From IMG/VR virus record IMGVR_UViG_3300028586_000413, positions 1 to 62,515 of that record: DNA of 62,515 nucleotides; one strand, 5' to 3'. The notes beneath the pieces were generated by a model, which saw only the letters and a program-made list of their open reading frames with translations, had not been told where the DNA came from and did not search any database. Every line of letters begins with the position of its first letter. Position 1 is the first letter of the stretch. The stretch is from a virus. Taxonomy: Duplodnaviria > Caudoviricetes. Shown here piece by piece: positions 8,804-17,534 of the stretch. A program made the position numbers and the translations under genes.

Positions 8804-9984
8804 GCTGAGCCGCCTTTCTCAACCTGGACGCGGCTCAGCACCTCATCCTCGACTGCGCGCGCGAACTGGAGGAAGCCGAACGACTTGAGCCAGCCAGCCG
8901 GACCACCAGGCATTGTCTGCCAGATGATGGTGATGTCGTCGTCGGTGAGCGATGGCGCTGCGCCTTCTCCGCTGTGGGAGATAGCCGGGGCAGCAGCGAG
9001 CGCATTGAACAGGTCGAGCAGCAGCCGCGCGCTGACCAGGCTTTCCTCGCCATCGCGGGCCATTTCCGACAGGGCCTGCGCCGGGTCTGTCAGGCAGGCC
9101 GCTTGCTGCTCTGTCAGCAGCGCCTGCGCGGCATGGATCAAGCCTACTGGGATCGCTGGCTTTGTTTCCTGGGCGGCCGGCACGCTGAACGATGCCTCCA
9201 TGCGATCCTTCGACAGTTCCCACTGAGCGTCGTGCATCTTAGCGACGGCCTGCTCGACAAAGCTCCACGCCGCGTCGTCGGCTCGGAAAAGCTCGCGCAG
9301 CTTGTCCCCCTTCCAAACCGCATCCCACTCGCCATCGAAGCCGGTCCGCTCGTTACCAATGCAGCCGTCAAGCGCATCCTCGGCACTCAGGCCCAGGATG
9401 ATCTGGACCGCCTCGGCTCGGCCGATAGCGCGCTGCGCATCCCTTGCTGCCCGCACCTGGCTTGCAACGTGCTGGTCGATGTGGGCTACGATTTCACCCC
9501 ACTTGGACAAGCACGCGCGCTCGTCGTGGTGGTGCTTCTCCGCCATCCCCAGGAACTGATTGACCAGATCGCGCAATGCCTGCGTATCGACGCTTGCCCC
9601 TTCAGACGCAGAAGGGGCGGCGACCAGCTTCAGATTCACCTGGCCGGATGGCGCGCCGGCGGCGGCCGGGACCTCGACGACCAGCACGCGCTCGTGCTTC
9701 TCGCCGGCGTGCGGGAAGGTGCTGCCGACCGGGCCGACGGTGCCGTGGTTGGCACTGGTCAGCAGGATCGACCAGGTGCGCGGCTCGGCGCCGGCGGCGC
9801 GGGTTGGGGCGAGGAACAGCTTGTCGCCCGCCTGCGGCATGTTCTTGCGGTCGAACCAGCGCACGGCCGGCTCGCCATCGATGTAGCCCTTGAACTCGCC
9901 CACGACGCGCGGCGTGGCGCAGTTCATACCGCGCTGGCTGGCCAGGGCCTCGTAGTAGGCCGCGTTGTTGTTCTGCTGGTTCAT
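8800..9984 (-). CDS. Mosaic hypothetical early protein
   Basis: ggag RBS before MNQQNNN; modules joined by Ala/Pro linkers. Confidence 0.65.
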   Translation of the reverse strand: MNQQNNNAAYYEALASQRGMNCATPRVVGEFKGYIDGEPAVRWFDRKNMPQAGDKLFLAPTRAAGAEPRTWSILLTSANHGTVGPVGSTFPHAGEKHERVLVVEVPAAAGAPSGQVNLKLVAAPSASEGASVDTQALRDLVNQFLGMAEKHHHDERACLSKWGEIVAHIDQHVASQVRAARDAQRAIGRAEAVQIILGLSAEDALDGCIGNERTGFDGEWDAVWKGDKLRELFRADDAAWSFVEQAVAKMHDAQWELSKDRMEASFSVPAAQETKPAIPVGLIHAAQALLTEQQAACLTDPAQALSEMARDGEESLVSARLLLDLFNALAAAPAISHSGEGAAPSLTDDDITIIWQTMPGGPAGWLKSFGFLQFARAVEDEVLSRVQVEKGGSA

Positions 9985-10202
9985 CAGTTCTCTCCTCGAT
10001 ATATGCGGCGCGGAGCTGGGTGCGCCGGTTTGTTTTTGAGTTTGTCGCGCTGGGCCTCGGCCAGAGCGCGCAGCGCCTCGGACACGCTCAGGTTGCTTCG
10101 GGTTGTCGACAGCTCGATCTCCAGCAGCCAAACCCGATCGAACATGGCTCGGGCCATCTGCTCGTCGCTCTGGTAGGTGATGCGCAGTTCGTCGTAGGTC
10201 AC
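9984..10202 (-). CDS. Hypothetical coiled-coil protein
   Basis: GTG-start coupled ORF. Confidence 0.5.
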   Translation of the reverse strand: MTYDELRITYQSDEQMARAMFDRVWLLEIELSTTRSNLSVSEALRALAEAQRDKLKNKPAHPAPRRIYRGEN

Positions 10203-10421
10203 TTCCGGTCCCCGTAGAGCGCGCGGGCGGCCCGCTCGTCGGCGGCGGCCTCGCTGCGCTGCACCTCGCCGACGATGATCAGGAAGACCAGCACGAAGAC
10301 CAGGCCCTGGCCAAACCGGCGCATCACAGCGGCCACCCATGTGCGATCGCGGCGGTACAGGCCGCGCACAGGACCACCACGGCGGCGCATTTCCACTTGA
10401 TGGCGCGGAGCTGGTGTTCGC

Positions 10422-10808
10422 TCATGGCTTTTCTCCGAATACAGCCATCGCGGCGCGCATATTGGCGATCGCGGCGCCGGCCAGCCGTTCGATGCGGTCG
10501 AGCCGCTCCTGGGCCGCTGCAACTCGCGAGATCGGGCCGCGCGCCAGTTCTTCGACCGGCACCTTGAACAGGATGCGCACCTCGAAGCGCGCCGGCTGCG
10601 CCTGGACGTCGAGCAGGTGCTCGCGCGTCTTGATGTCGGCCCAGCGCGGGAAGCGCTCACCGCGCGGGTGGTACTGGTGCACCACGTTGCCCTCGATCGG
10701 CGTGCCGCCGTCGTCCCAATCGAGGGGACGACCAGGCAAGGGGAGGTCATCGACGCGGCGCTGCAGCTCGGCGCCGGCCGGGGCTTGGGTGCTGGTGGTC
10801 GTGGTCAT
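10422..10808 (-). CDS. Hypothetical phage protein
   Basis: ORF starting MTTTTSTQ with typical high-GC codon usage. Confidence 0.6.
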   Translation of the reverse strand: MTTTTSTQAPAGAELQRRVDDLPLPGRPLDWDDGGTPIEGNVVHQYHPRGERFPRWADIKTREHLLDVQAQPARFEVRILFKVPVEELARGPISRVAAAQERLDRIERLAGAAIANMRAAMAVFGEKP

Positions 10809-10977
10809 TTCTTCGTGTCGTCCGGTTGGGTGGCTGGGGCCTTGTTGTCGATCGCCTTCAGGTCGCTGTAGTAGCGCGACGAGCCGCGGTTCGCGCGGTA
10901 GTTGCGGATCGCGTCCAGGTCTGCTTGGGTCATGCCCTGGCTGTCGGCGCTGCGCGCGCGATAGGCGCGGCGCCGCT

Positions 10978-11877
10978 TCATGATTTGGCCTCGCCGCCCA
11001 GGGCATCGACCAGGTCGGCCAGCAGCTTGGCCAGCTCGCCGGACATGAGGACGAAGTCGTTGTCGAAGCGCTCGGCATCGTTCGCCGCCGCGGTTTCGTT
11101 CTCGCGGATGACGTCCAGCGGCTTGACGCCCTTAATCGCCAGCGAATCGGTCAGCACGAAGCTGATGCGGTCGTTCCAGGTCATCGCCAAGCGCGTGCAC
11201 TGCTTGCCGGCGGCGATGTGGCGGCGGACGTCTTCAGGCTCGAGGGTGTGCGACTTGTAACCGATCTGGGCGCGGCTCTCGCCGGTGGCGCGGAGCGTCG
11301 CATCGCGGTCGATCGTGAAGCCGTATGGCGATTCGTCGGCTTCCAGCCAGCCGGTCATCACGGCGACCGGCGAGCGCTGCACGCGCAGCGATTCCAGCGG
11401 CATCTTGTCGACGGCCTTGAGCAGCAGCTTGACGACGTCGTCGGCCTTGCCCGGCGCCGCGGCGTCGACCACCAGCCAGCCGTTCTTCGGGTCGATCCAG
11501 ACCAGCGTCGTGCGGGAAATTGAGAATGCCTTCGGCAGCATCTCGTCCGCGGCGCGCTCTTTCAGCTCGCGCATCGCCTTCTTCCCAGGCGCGAATCCTT
11601 GCTGCGTCTCCAGCTCTGCCGCCATCGCCTTCGCGCGCTCGTTGACTGCGGCGCCCGGCAGGATCTTCTTCTGCGTCTTGAGCGTCAGGAGGAACTGGCC
11701 AGTCACCTCGTGCACCAGCGCGCCGTCGGCACCGCGCGGGCGGGCCCAGCCCTGGCGCATCAGTTCGTTGCTCGACGCGGGCGCGAACATCTGCGGGAGC
11801 AGCGCGCTGGCCAGGTTGTCGGCCGTCATGGCCCACGGGGAGGGCAGGCGGTACACCTGCAGGTTGCGGAAGAACAT
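10978..11877 (-). CDS. rdgC: Recombination-associated protein RdgC (phage-borne)
   Basis: MFFRNLQVYRL start, KILP, AFS...T.VWID..NGWLVVDAA, RFDNDFVLMSGEL motifs. Confidence 0.93.
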   Translation of the reverse strand: MFFRNLQVYRLPSPWAMTADNLASALLPQMFAPASSNELMRQGWARPRGADGALVHEVTGQFLLTLKTQKKILPGAAVNERAKAMAAELETQQGFAPGKKAMRELKERAADEMLPKAFSISRTTLVWIDPKNGWLVVDAAAPGKADDVVKLLLKAVDKMPLESLRVQRSPVAVMTGWLEADESPYGFTIDRDATLRATGESRAQIGYKSHTLEPEDVRRHIAAGKQCTRLAMTWNDRISFVLTDSLAIKGVKPLDVIRENETAAANDAERFDNDFVLMSGELAKLLADLVDALGGEAKS

Positions 11878-12048
11878 TTGCGGATCCTTGTCGTTGTGGT
11901 CGGGGTTACAGCGGTGCGCTCGGGTTGACGGCGCCGCCCAGGCAGATCAGGGCGAGGAGCAGGACGAACATCAGGCCCGGGCGCCGCTCGCACCAGTCGA
12001 GGCGGAAGAAAAGCAGGAAGCGGATCATGTCGGTCTCCGGGAGGGGAA

Positions 12049-12486
12049 TCAGTGCGCGTCGCGCAGTTCGGTCAGGCGCTGGATCGCTGCACGCACGATG
12101 GCGGCCATCGTTGCAGCGTCCGGGTTCGGGTGGTCGACATATGCCTCGGTCACGTTGCGCCGCCCGCCGCCCGCGCCGACGGACACGGTGCCGTCTTCTT
12201 GATCGTGGCGGACGCTCAGGCCCAGCTCGGTGCTGAGCGGGCCTGCGGCGGCCCACGTGCGGCGCCAGTGCGGCGGCACTTGCGGCGTCATCGTCGAGAA
12301 GGTCAGCCGCGGCGAGGTGGCGCTGCTGCCGAAGGTACTCGTGCGCGGGCTCAGCTGCAGCGGCGCGTCGAGCGTCAGGGTGCCTGGCGCCTTGAACGTG
12401 CGCTTCCACTTCGGGTGCAGCTTCGCCAGCGCGATCTCATCCGCGAAGGCTTCTGCTAGGTATTCGTTGCCCCACTGCTTGGTCAT
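12049..12486 (-). CDS. Hypothetical protein, first gene of the PL operon
   Basis: ggag RBS; DAAT.AAIVRAA motif. Confidence 0.55.
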   Translation of the reverse strand: MTKQWGNEYLAEAFADEIALAKLHPKWKRTFKAPGTLTLDAPLQLSPRTSTFGSSATSPRLTFSTMTPQVPPHWRRTWAAAGPLSTELGLSVRHDQEDGTVSVGAGGGRRNVTEAYVDHPNPDAATMAAIVRAAIQRLTELRDAH

Positions 12487-12540
12487 ATTGCTCTCCATTT
12501 CCTCAGCCTGGCGATGCCAGTGTGCTCTATTGATTGAGGT

Positions 12541-12593
12541 ACTTTACCCCTAGGTAAAAACAAACGCAAGAAAAATATATACCCAAAGGTAAA
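12541..12593 (-). promoter_or_regulatory. PL-like promoter with two repressor operators (OL)
   Basis: TTGCGT-N17-TAAAGT on the minus strand; palindromes tttacccctaggtaaa (12543-12558) and tatacccaaaggtaaa (12578-12593) match the OR sites. Confidence 0.8.
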
Positions 12594-12610
12594 GTTCGGG
12601 ATAAAATGCG

Positions 12611-12880
12611 ATCCAGCAGCCGAGTTCGGCTGTTTGCACGCCTGGAGCAGGGAGGGGAAACCGCCGACGCCCAGGCTTAAGAGCCAAGGACGACCGGAAG
12701 GGCAACGCGTGGGTGGATCGTAGAGCGCGCCGGGGGACAGGCAGAGATGCCTGGGAAGTCTGCGAACAAGCGAAAGTGTCCGAAGGCGAAAGCATGGGAT
12801 GCAGTAGCCCTCCACGGAGGTCGGCAAACGTCGACCGCTCTAGGGAGGGTTGCGCTCTGGAACCGAGGCTCTGCTGGGAT
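12611..12880 (+). ncRNA. Candidate structured ncRNA, family unidentified
   Basis: Nested long-range helices, several GNRA-capped hairpins, upstream TAAAAT -10 box, no convincing ORF. Confidence 0.55.
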
Positions 12881-12976
12881 AAAACGAAGCCAGGAACTTA
12901 GAAAGACCTACCTGAACAGCCAAGGACAGAACCTGAACAGTACCTTTACAGGGTGCGTAGGAAAAAAGGCCCGAAA

Positions 12977-13369
12977 ATGTCGCAAAAATTGACGCTGGCG
13001 CGCTACCTGGAGGGTAGGGGATCGGTGAAGTCGCTGACCCGCATCGAGGCGGAGGCGTTCGGTGTACCGTACCCGCTCATCTCGGGCTGGCCGGCGCGCC
13101 ACGGCGACACGGAGATCACACAGGCAATGCTCGAGGACCTGACACAGCGCATCGCCGTCGCACGTCGGTCGACGGCGAGCAAGGCGTTGCGCGGGCTAGA
13201 TGGCGCGTGCTGTCCGAGTACTGCGCTGCGCCAAGACGATTGCGCCGCGGTTCGGGTGCAGCGGTCTTGCGCGGTGCCAGCACGAAGCCTCGAGGTCGCA
13301 CCATCGTTCCCTGGATTCGCAGTGCGGCCCGCGCGGCGCTCACGTGGCCGACCTGCATTGCCAGAGTAG
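12977..13369 (+). CDS. Hypothetical protein downstream of the candidate ncRNA
   Basis: 130 aa with AEAFGVPYPL..GW motif; oriented against the surrounding genes; hairpin follows. Confidence 0.6.
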   Translation: MSQKLTLARYLEGRGSVKSLTRIEAEAFGVPYPLISGWPARHGDTEITQAMLEDLTQRIAVARRSTASKALRGLDGACCPSTALRQDDCAAVRVQRSCAVPARSLEVAPSFPGFAVRPARRSRGRPALPE

Positions 13370-13434
13370 GGGCGTAAAAAAGCCCGCTCGAGGCAGGCTT
13401 GAAATCTCATCCCCGCGAAACCGGGGATCGAATT

Positions 13435-14223
13435 TTAGGCAGGTTTCGGTCCGCCCAAGAGCTTAGGAAGATGCGTAAGCGCCGTCGGATCGCGTTCACC
13501 AAAATATGATGCCGCTTTTTGTGGCAGCCAGACGGTGTTGAAGTGCGCACGGAACTCCGCTAGATATTCGTTTGGGTAGAGTCGTGCCTGGACTACCCGG
13601 CCATCTTGAAACCGATGGGGGTATGTCGGGAAAGCACACGGATCAACGCCTTTATTTTTTCGAATCCAGTCCGAGAACATCCGACCTTCAGAGATATCTG
13701 GCATCAAGCGCTCGGGCAGCGTATATCCTGAAGCCTCAAGGGGCGCGATCAGGCCAAAAATCAATTCGTTCAGCATGGAGAAATGGGTGACAGGTACGGC
13801 TCCTTGATTCATAACGTATCGCTGCAGGTGAACTGGCATCGTGCTGCGTGCACGAACTCCACCGCCCGACATCCATTCATGTACCCATTTGCTGACCTGG
13901 ACTGCAAATCTCGGGGATAGCCATTGCGCGAGGTTGATTGCAACTTGTGGGTGCACCCAAGTCCCTGATGATCTGCCACCCCGGATAACATGAACCAGCG
14001 TTGACGGCGACACTGCTAGGTCAATCGCGAGCTCTGAGATAAAAGCTTGCGTTCGGTCCGTGTCCCAGTAGTGGTTCCACTCCCTGCTGACCGCCCTGCA
14101 TAGAGCCGTCGCGTGGATGTACCCGTCGGAAGCGCGCTGATTGATTACGTTCCCATCCTCAACTTGATGAGGGATGAGCTCAAAGCTCAACTGTTGATGT
14201 TCGGCATGGTTGTGCGAAGACAT
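13435..14223 (-). CDS. KilA-N domain DNA-binding protein
   Basis: QRASDGYIHATALC and GTWVHPQVAINLAQWLSP.F.VQV..W motifs. Confidence 0.9.
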   Translation of the reverse strand: MSSHNHAEHQQLSFELIPHQVEDGNVINQRASDGYIHATALCRAVSREWNHYWDTDRTQAFISELAIDLAVSPSTLVHVIRGGRSSGTWVHPQVAINLAQWLSPRFAVQVSKWVHEWMSGGGVRARSTMPVHLQRYVMNQGAVPVTHFSMLNELIFGLIAPLEASGYTLPERLMPDISEGRMFSDWIRKNKGVDPCAFPTYPHRFQDGRVVQARLYPNEYLAEFRAHFNTVWLPQKAASYFGERDPTALTHLPKLLGGPKPA

Positions 14224-14531
14224 AAGTTCTCCATTATGGAGCCAAAGAGCATAAGAATCAGGTTTAGCTTGCTTAAGAGCTGTAAGAGTCTTATACTTCC
14301 TTGGCTGATCTACCAAACGGTAAATAACGAGTCCCGCCAAGAACAGCGTTAGATACCGGCGAATGAAAACTAGAGCCCTATGCGTGAGCATTAGGGCTTT
14401 TTGTTTTCACTGGGTATATTACCAGTAATTTTTCAGTTATTGGACAAATAACTGCTGGTTTTTTTGAATTTCTGGAAAAATACTGCTGCAACCACCTGCT
14501 AGCAGCCGGAATTCGATACTTGAGCGATCAC

Positions 14532-14800
14532 TCATAAGTTATTTGAACTGCTAGTGGTCTGCTTCTGAATCCAGCCTCGCCTTAACGCCCACCGCACCTC
14601 AGAGCGCCAAGTGATGCGCCGGCCTGTCCTGGTGGTGTTGACCGGATCCGGCGCCACCGCCGCCAGCTGCTCGAACGTGGAGCACTCCCAGATGATTTTC
14701 CACAGCGCCCACTTGGCCGGATCGGTCTCTTCGTTCGCCTGCAGGCGGTCCTTGATGAGGACGGTAAATCGGCTTTCCAGCAGTGCGCATTCAACGCGCG
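14532..14800 (-). pseudogene. Possible gene fragment or small hypothetical protein
   Basis: High-GC coding-like tract with no clear start. Confidence 0.35.
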
Positions 14801-14824
14801 ACGTCAGGACTCTATGAAGTCCGC

Positions 14825-15367
14825 TCATCGCTCGACAATGGGCCAGGCGCCGCTCTTGCTGTCGCCATTGAACAGGTCTTCGAAGTCGATTCGGCCCCAA
14901 CGTGGTGTGAGATACCAGTCGTCGTGGAAAGACGTATAGCCCGCGTTAAGATCCGGGAATATCCTCTTGCCCGCCAAGTCGTAATGTGCCAGTGAGCCAC
15001 TACCATTAGAGCCAATACTTTGATAGTAGATGTGCTCACCAATGCTGGTAGGGACAGCTATCTTGCGATATCGCATTCGAGATTGCTTAATGCCAGACCT
15101 TCGGTCAACAATGGGAAAGAAGGCCTTCTTCAAGGGGCAAAGGACATAGCGCCATAGAGTTGCTCTCGATGGCAAGAGTGTTCCCGCAACCATTATTGCA
15201 GAAAATAAGAGACCAATTTGCAGCTCAAGCAGGTGATTCTTTCGAAGTTCCGAAAAGTTCATTCCGAGCATGTGCTCCTGCGGGACGTACAAGATGCATG
15301 CGGTGAATAGCATTGTCGGCCAAGCGAACTTGACGACTATCTCTATTGCTTTAATCACATCGTTCAT
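14825..15367 (-). CDS. Membrane protein, SieB-like superinfection-exclusion candidate
   Basis: Two N-terminal hydrophobic helices with SieB-like spacing, low GC, immunity-region position. Confidence 0.5.
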   Translation of the reverse strand: MNDVIKAIEIVVKFAWPTMLFTACILYVPQEHMLGMNFSELRKNHLLELQIGLLFSAIMVAGTLLPSRATLWRYVLCPLKKAFFPIVDRRSGIKQSRMRYRKIAVPTSIGEHIYYQSIGSNGSGSLAHYDLAGKRIFPDLNAGYTSFHDDWYLTPRWGRIDFEDLFNGDSKSGAWPIVER

Positions 15368-15414
15368 AGTGAGACTCTCTGAATATCCCTATGGGACAAT
15401 AGGCTTTAAGAGGA

Positions 15415-15760
15415 TTAATCGACAGTAGCTGGCACTACGTTGATATCCCTGCCGTTGACCGTGAGGTGCCGTATCTCGCTAGTAGTAACGAATCCGACGC
15501 AGCTTGCCGACATTGGTACCGAGGCTCCAAGCCCATTCTCGAAGTGGAACGAGCCAGTTGGCCAAGCGAAATAGAACTCGTCACCCTTACCCCAGTTCTT
15601 CGTGTGGGGCGGCATCTCGGCGGCGCCGAACTCAGCCAGGCCGGCGATGCGTTGCTGGCACGCGAGGAGGCCGGTGTTGACCTTGCGATCATGCACCTGG
15701 CTCTCGCTCGGTACTGCCACGCGGTAGACGATCAGGCCACCCGATGCGATGAGTTGCTAG
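15415..15760 (-). pseudogene. 5'-truncated paralog of 16916-17440
   Basis: C..RI..L...PP..KN.G...EFYF.WP.G.F...SA.C.G motif shared; an in-frame stop lies 13 codons upstream of the GTG. Confidence 0.65.
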
Positions 15761-15788
15761 TGCACGGCCGGCCGTATGCCATCCTCAA

Positions 15789-16841
15789 TCAAGTCACTGT
15801 GAACTCGTATCCTGCCTGCAACGACCCAACCACTTGTGCTTGGTTTTCGGCGCTCTCGCTGAACTCGACTAGCATGTCGCTAACAGTGATGCTCTTGTTG
15901 TTCAGCAAATTCAGCCAGTAGTCAAAGCCGCCCTTGTCAGGAACCCGGTCCAGAACATTCTTGTAGACGCCGGTAAGGATAGTGTCGTTATCCGCGCCTT
16001 CTCCGTACAATTTTTTAAACTCCATCGAATTGCTGAACGCTTCCGCTACGCTGTTGAGCGACGCTCCTTGACCCATTTGGCCGATCCAATATCCAAGACC
16101 GCCCTTATCAGGGGTTCGACCAAACGCCGCCTGATATAGCCGGTACGCCTCTGCCGGGATTCCAGTGGTCTCCCATGAGATGTAGTTGCCACCGAAGAAC
16201 TGCACCCTTTCAACATTGGTTAGCGTGTCCGTGCCGCTCAATCCCTCAACGTCGAAGACAGTGATAACGCCATCTTTCTTGTTGACTGAATACATCTCAC
16301 GTTGTCTGCTCACTGCGAACGTATCCACTCCGGCCCCACCGTCTACAATGTCGTCAACATGTGTACCAGCTATCCAATCGCGGTCGCTGGTACCGACGAC
16401 GATATTCTGTTCTTTGACTGGCACAGTACCCAATTCTTCAAAGACGGCCACGGAAACAAATTTATTCGCATCTGCGTAGCCTTGATCCCAGGAAGCACTG
16501 ATGTAATAGGTGCCTGTGTAAGGGGCAATGAAAGACGCGTGATCATAGCCATAATCAAGCGCCCCATCGTCTACCGCAATTACATTCCCTAGGGAGTCAT
16601 ATGCAAGCAGGATAAATGGGTCGAAGAAACTCGAACTGATGACATCGTAGGAGGCACCTTCCACACCCTCGAAAACAAAGGTGTCATATAAGAGAGCGTA
16701 ATCCCTACGGGTTGAATAGAAAGCCTCATTTTCCCAAGAATACGACGGGTTGGTATTCTTTGTGAAAGTTAGGCGCGTTGCGATGTTTTTGTCGCTGGGG
16801 AGCAAATCCGGCAGATTGTCGTAGGTGTAATAGCTGGGCAT
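15789..16841 (-). CDS. DUF4214-domain surface/secreted protein with RTX-like motif (phage cargo)
   Basis: DIVDGGAGVDT, DTLTNVER, AYRLYQAAFGRTPDKGGLGYW, FSESAEN motifs; lower GC than the phage backbone. Confidence 0.88.
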   Translation of the reverse strand: MPSYYTYDNLPDLLPSDKNIATRLTFTKNTNPSYSWENEAFYSTRRDYALLYDTFVFEGVEGASYDVISSSFFDPFILLAYDSLGNVIAVDDGALDYGYDHASFIAPYTGTYYISASWDQGYADANKFVSVAVFEELGTVPVKEQNIVVGTSDRDWIAGTHVDDIVDGGAGVDTFAVSRQREMYSVNKKDGVITVFDVEGLSGTDTLTNVERVQFFGGNYISWETTGIPAEAYRLYQAAFGRTPDKGGLGYWIGQMGQGASLNSVAEAFSNSMEFKKLYGEGADNDTILTGVYKNVLDRVPDKGGFDYWLNLLNNKSITVSDMLVEFSESAENQAQVVGSLQAGYEFTVT

Positions 16842-16915
16842 GATTTTTCTCAACAGGGCATCTAAGCGTGCCGTTTCGCTCGCGCGAGTATAGCTGCTGC
16901 TGAGTTGTAAGAAGC

Positions 16916-17440
16916 TCACCAATCTTCACGGCGTGGCGAGGCGGTAACGTCCTGGCCGTTCAGGGAGAGTTCGGTGATCAGTCCGGTGTTGACGTTGCCT
17001 CTGCAGGTAGCAGATGCTGCGTTGAGCACCCCCTCCGCGTCGGCATAGAAGAACACGCCTTTTGGCCAGACGAAGTAGAACTCGGGCAGGGTGCCGTAGT
17101 TCTTCGCTGGCGGTGGCGCGGGCACTTTGCCGCCGACGGATAGGGCCGTGATGCGAGAGCGGCAGACCTCAAGTGCCTGTGCGACCAGTTCATCCGTAGG
17201 CGAATCGACGAATGGGCGCATCTGGCTGTCGCCGAGGATCACCAGGCTGACGGCTGGCACAGCGAGCGCGACGGCGCCGGCCCATCCCTTCCAGGTCGGC
17301 CATGCACGATAGGCCTCGCCTGCTTCAAATTGCTGCGCCTGGTAGACGGCGGCCAGCGCCTGGCCGCACCATGGGCAATTCACATACCGTTTCCGGCGCT
17401 GAAGGGATGATCCGCAGGCTGGGCATCTGATATTTGACAT
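16916..17440 (-). CDS. Zinc-ribbon, single-TM protein with probable periplasmic domain
   Basis: CPAC and CPWC, TM segment, C-terminal Cys pair. Confidence 0.7.
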   Translation of the reverse strand: MSNIRCPACGSSLQRRKRYVNCPWCGQALAAVYQAQQFEAGEAYRAWPTWKGWAGAVALAVPAVSLVILGDSQMRPFVDSPTDELVAQALEVCRSRITALSVGGKVPAPPPAKNYGTLPEFYFVWPKGVFFYADAEGVLNAASATCRGNVNTGLITELSLNGQDVTASPRREDW

Positions 17441-17534
17441 TGGCAGGCACCTCGGTCGCCGGCACGATCGCGCGGCCTTGACACGAATGCTACGCCTGTT
17501 CAGTAGCGGAAACTCTCACCAATTGTCGCGCACG

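Noticed and set aside
12611-12880. Group I/II intron, RNase P RNA or tmRNA identity for the structured region
   Set aside because: Intergenic, with no GUGYG/domain V, RNase P P4 signature or tRNA-like ends visible; left unassigned
16856-16875. Possible sigma54 promoter upstream of the phage DUF4214 gene
   Set aside because: GG-to-GC spacing is 11 nt rather than the required 10
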